Assembly: GCA_005191425.1 (NCBI GenBank)
Contig: SUPR01000106.1
Span: 1-10,453 of the forward strand
Length of the DNA: 10,453 nt
Reading direction: 5' to 3'
Source: Candidatus Helarchaeota ASGARD archaeon Hel_GB_B
Lineage (GTDB): Archaea; Asgardarchaeota; Lokiarchaeia; Helarchaeales; HEL-GB-B
A model generated the notes under the pieces. The model had not been told where the DNA came from and did no database searches. It worked only from the letters and a program-made list of their open reading frames with translations. This document shows positions 8,448 through 10,453 of the stretch, piece by piece. Numbering within the stretch: the first letter of the stretch is position 1; every line of letters starts with the position of its first letter. Both the position numbers and the translations under genes were made by a program.

Positions 8448-9236
8448 ATGATAATATGTGTTTTTATGGGCTATCCATATCAAGCTGATTGGTGGTACAA
8501 ATATTTTTGGTTTATAAAAATTGATGCTACAAACATGGCAGATCCAACAATAGCCGCGACAGTTTCAGCAATGATTATTATGGATATAGTAGTCTATATG
8601 TTATCCATCTTGACTTTTTATCATTCATATAAAAATTTTGGGCTATGAAAATCTGTTTTATTTTTAGGTGGTTCATTTTTTTATACTGAATTAGAAGAAA
8701 TAATATGAATGATATTTGGATATTTTAATCCGAGTTTTCCAACATACCAATTTAATTATTATAAAGCAGGGTTCACTTGGTTTTTATGTATTCCTGTTGC
8801 GACTTGTCTTGGGTGGTATTTTCTTGCGTATGGATGTTTTTATATAGGCGAAAAAATCTTTAATAGTTGGAATAAAACTAATTGGGGTTTAGTAAAAACT
8901 GCAATTGTAGCTGGGCTTCTGGCTATGAATATAGATTTAATGGTAGACCCTTTTGCAGTCAGAAATAAGCAATGGTATTGATTATCTACACAGAGTGAAA
9001 CTATCTGGATACTGGGAATTCCCTATTCTAATTTTATTGGATGGTTCTTGTTAATTTTTTTATTCGCAATTTTCTGGAAAAAAGTAACTGATCTAAAACC
9101 AAAATATGGGACTACTAAAACAACGATTATTTTTAGTATAGGACTTATGGGCCTTTTATTTATGACAATAGGAATTATATTTATAATATCAATAATTTTT
9201 AGTCCATTTAATGGGACGATAATAGGATTTATGTGA
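8448..9236 (+). pseudogene. CruF-like (Caroten_synth/DUF422 family) membrane protein, about 262 aa, interrupted by three in-frame TGA codons; pseudogene or recoded gene
   Basis: ORFs 8448, 8709 and 9048 share one frame, and the gaps between them are open apart from TGA at 8646, 8706 and 8979. The joined translation has family motifs: HSYKNFG, E..FG..Y, IPVATCLGW, DLMVDPFAV..WY*, GIPYSNFIGWF. Confidence 0.8.
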
Positions 9237-9252
9237 AAAGAGATGATTTAAA

Positions 9253-9492
9253 ATGAAAAAAGACTATTTTCCAATCATTCCGATAGTAGTTTTTATGGCC
9301 TTAATGCTATTAATAGGGAGTTCAGTTTTTAATGGCGGTATAGTAAATACTCAACCTCAATTTGCAGGGACTTTTCCGTTAGACAGTTTTAAATATTTAG
9401 TACTTAATCTTATAGAGCTTCCCGCAATTATTATTGTAATGTATGCTATATATAAAATCAAAAAAGAAAATAAGAATAAAACTAACGCTTAA
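9253..9492 (+). CDS. Small hypothetical membrane protein, 2 TM
   Basis: 79 aa with two hydrophobic stretches (FPIIPIVVFMALMLLIG; YLVLNLIELPAIIIVMYAIY) and a Lys-rich tail. An SD-like GAGATGA lies at 9240-9246. Ends in TAA. Confidence 0.6.
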   Translation: MKKDYFPIIPIVVFMALMLLIGSSVFNGGIVNTQPQFAGTFPLDSFKYLVLNLIELPAIIIVMYAIYKIKKENKNKTNA

Positions 9493-9499
9493 CTTCTAA

Positions 9500-9520
9500 A
9501 AAATTTTTCTTTTTTTATTA
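9500..9520 (+). terminator. Possible archaeal oligo-T terminator
   Basis: The tract tttttctttttttatta begins about 10 nt after the TAA of the 79-aa ORF. The signal is weak against an AT-rich background. Confidence 0.35.
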
Positions 9521-9671
9521 TCTATTTAAAAAATCAAAATAATTTCTTGAAAATTATTTATTTATTATTAATTCTTAAAATCGGGTTCTTATTAGACTTG
9601 TTATTTAAATTTAATCTATTTAATTTTATTATGGCAAATATTTTTTTATCAAAATTTATGAATTTATAATT

Positions 9672-10453
9672 ATGATATGGCACACGAAAATTTCTGAAAT
9701 GATAGGATGTAAGTATCCAATTCTTTTAGGAGCTTTTGCTGGGTATGATAATTCTATTTTAACAGCAAAAATTAGTGATGTTGGAGCATTTGGTGTATTA
9801 ACGGCTTCGGCATTTGAGACTATTGATGAATTTAAAAACGCAATACTACGAATTAAAGAGGAAACTAAAAATCCTTTTGGTATAAATTTCTCATCAACAG
9901 TAGATATTAATCCGGATCATATATTTTATAAATATCTCAAGATTGCACAAGATGAAGGAGTAAAGACAATAATAACTGCAGCTTCGAAAATTGAAACTTT
10001 TGGGAAACAAATCAAAGAATACGGGTTAAATTGGATTCATAAAGTTACAACTATGCGACATGCTATTTCTGGCGAAAAGATGGGCGCCGATGCGGTTATC
10101 TTGACCGGCTTGGAGGGTGGTGGCCTAAAAAGTCCCAATCAAAACACTTTTCTGGTCAATATGGTAAATGCTAAAAAGTTAATAAATATACCTGTTATTG
10201 CTTCTGGCGGCTTAAGCGATGGGAAAAGTATATTAGCCGCTTTAGTATTAGGTGCGGAAGGGGTACACATGTGTACTGCATTCCTTGCAACTTTTGAGAG
10301 TCCTATTCCAGATTCATGGAAAGAAAAAATTATAGCAGCTAACTGCTTCGATTCTAAATTTATACAAAAAATCTATCACTTTGAAAAGCCAGAGCCTAAA
10401 TATGTAAACATGTCAATGGCAGTTGGTACTATCAACAAGATACTTACAGTAAA
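9672..10453 (+). CDS. Nitronate monooxygenase / FabK-family FMN-dependent TIM-barrel oxidoreductase, 3' partial (runs off the window)
   Basis: Manual translation gives an open frame of 260 codons: MIWHTKISEMIGCKYPILLGAF..GAFGVL..TKNPFGIN..WIHKVTTMRHA..GADAVILTGLEGGGL..IPVIASGGLSDGKSILAALVLGAEGVHMCTAFLATFES. It is absent from the ORF track because there is no stop inside the window. Confidence 0.88.
   Translation, partial: MIWHTKISEMIGCKYPILLGAFAGYDNSILTAKISDVGAFGVLTASAFETIDEFKNAILRIKEETKNPFGINFSSTVDINPDHIFYKYLKIAQDEGVKTIITAASKIETFGKQIKEYGLNWIHKVTTMRHAISGEKMGADAVILTGLEGGGLKSPNQNTFLVNMVNAKKLINIPVIASGGLSDGKSILAALVLGAEGVHMCTAFLATFESPIPDSWKEKIIAANCFDSKFIQKIYHFEKPEPKYVNMSMAVGTINKILTV

Noticed and set aside
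8432-8450. Upstream ATG (MKYLK) that would join the CruF-like frame if the A6 run were A5
   Set aside because: It would add only five residues and cannot be supported without orthologues.
8646-8981. Selenocysteine at the in-frame TGA codons
   Set aside because: The sites are not Cys or redox-motif positions, one matches a conserved Trp, and I see no SECIS-like GC-paired hairpin downstream.
8448-9236. Three independent small membrane genes, as in the ORF track
   Set aside because: They share one frame, and the family motifs run through the gaps (for example GIPYSNFIGWF lies in the gap at about 9015-9047).
9493-9671. ncRNA, tRNA or CRISPR in the intergenic gaps
   Set aside because: The gaps are very AT-rich, with no cloverleaf, stable hairpin or spaced direct repeats visible.
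1-10453. Genome-wide UGA=Trp (translation table 4)
   Set aside because: All 46 Trp codons I counted in the other genes are TGG. An AT-rich code-4 genome would be expected to use TGA heavily.

Overview
AT-rich archaeal-looking window; I infer Asgard archaea (Loki/Hel-like) from gene content, but this is unproven. From left to right it holds a DUF998-like membrane protein (+), a zinc-containing Zfx-type ferredoxin with two complete [4Fe-4S] motifs (-), and a 2306-aa glycosylated type-I surface protein (-). That protein has a 7-blade beta-propeller, many Ig-like and two FN3 domains, a C-terminal TM helix and a cytoplasmic zinc ribbon. Divergently, a CruF/Caroten_synth-family membrane gene (8448-9236) appears in the ORF track as three fragments but is one reading frame broken only by three in-frame TGA codons at Trp-compatible positions. 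It is followed by a small 2-TM protein and a 3'-truncated nitronate monooxygenase/FabK-family flavoprotein that the ORF track missed and that lacks the usual catalytic His. The best lead is the TGA-only interruption of the CruF-like gene: gene-specific recoding or editing, G-to-A biased pseudogenisation, or an assembly artefact.
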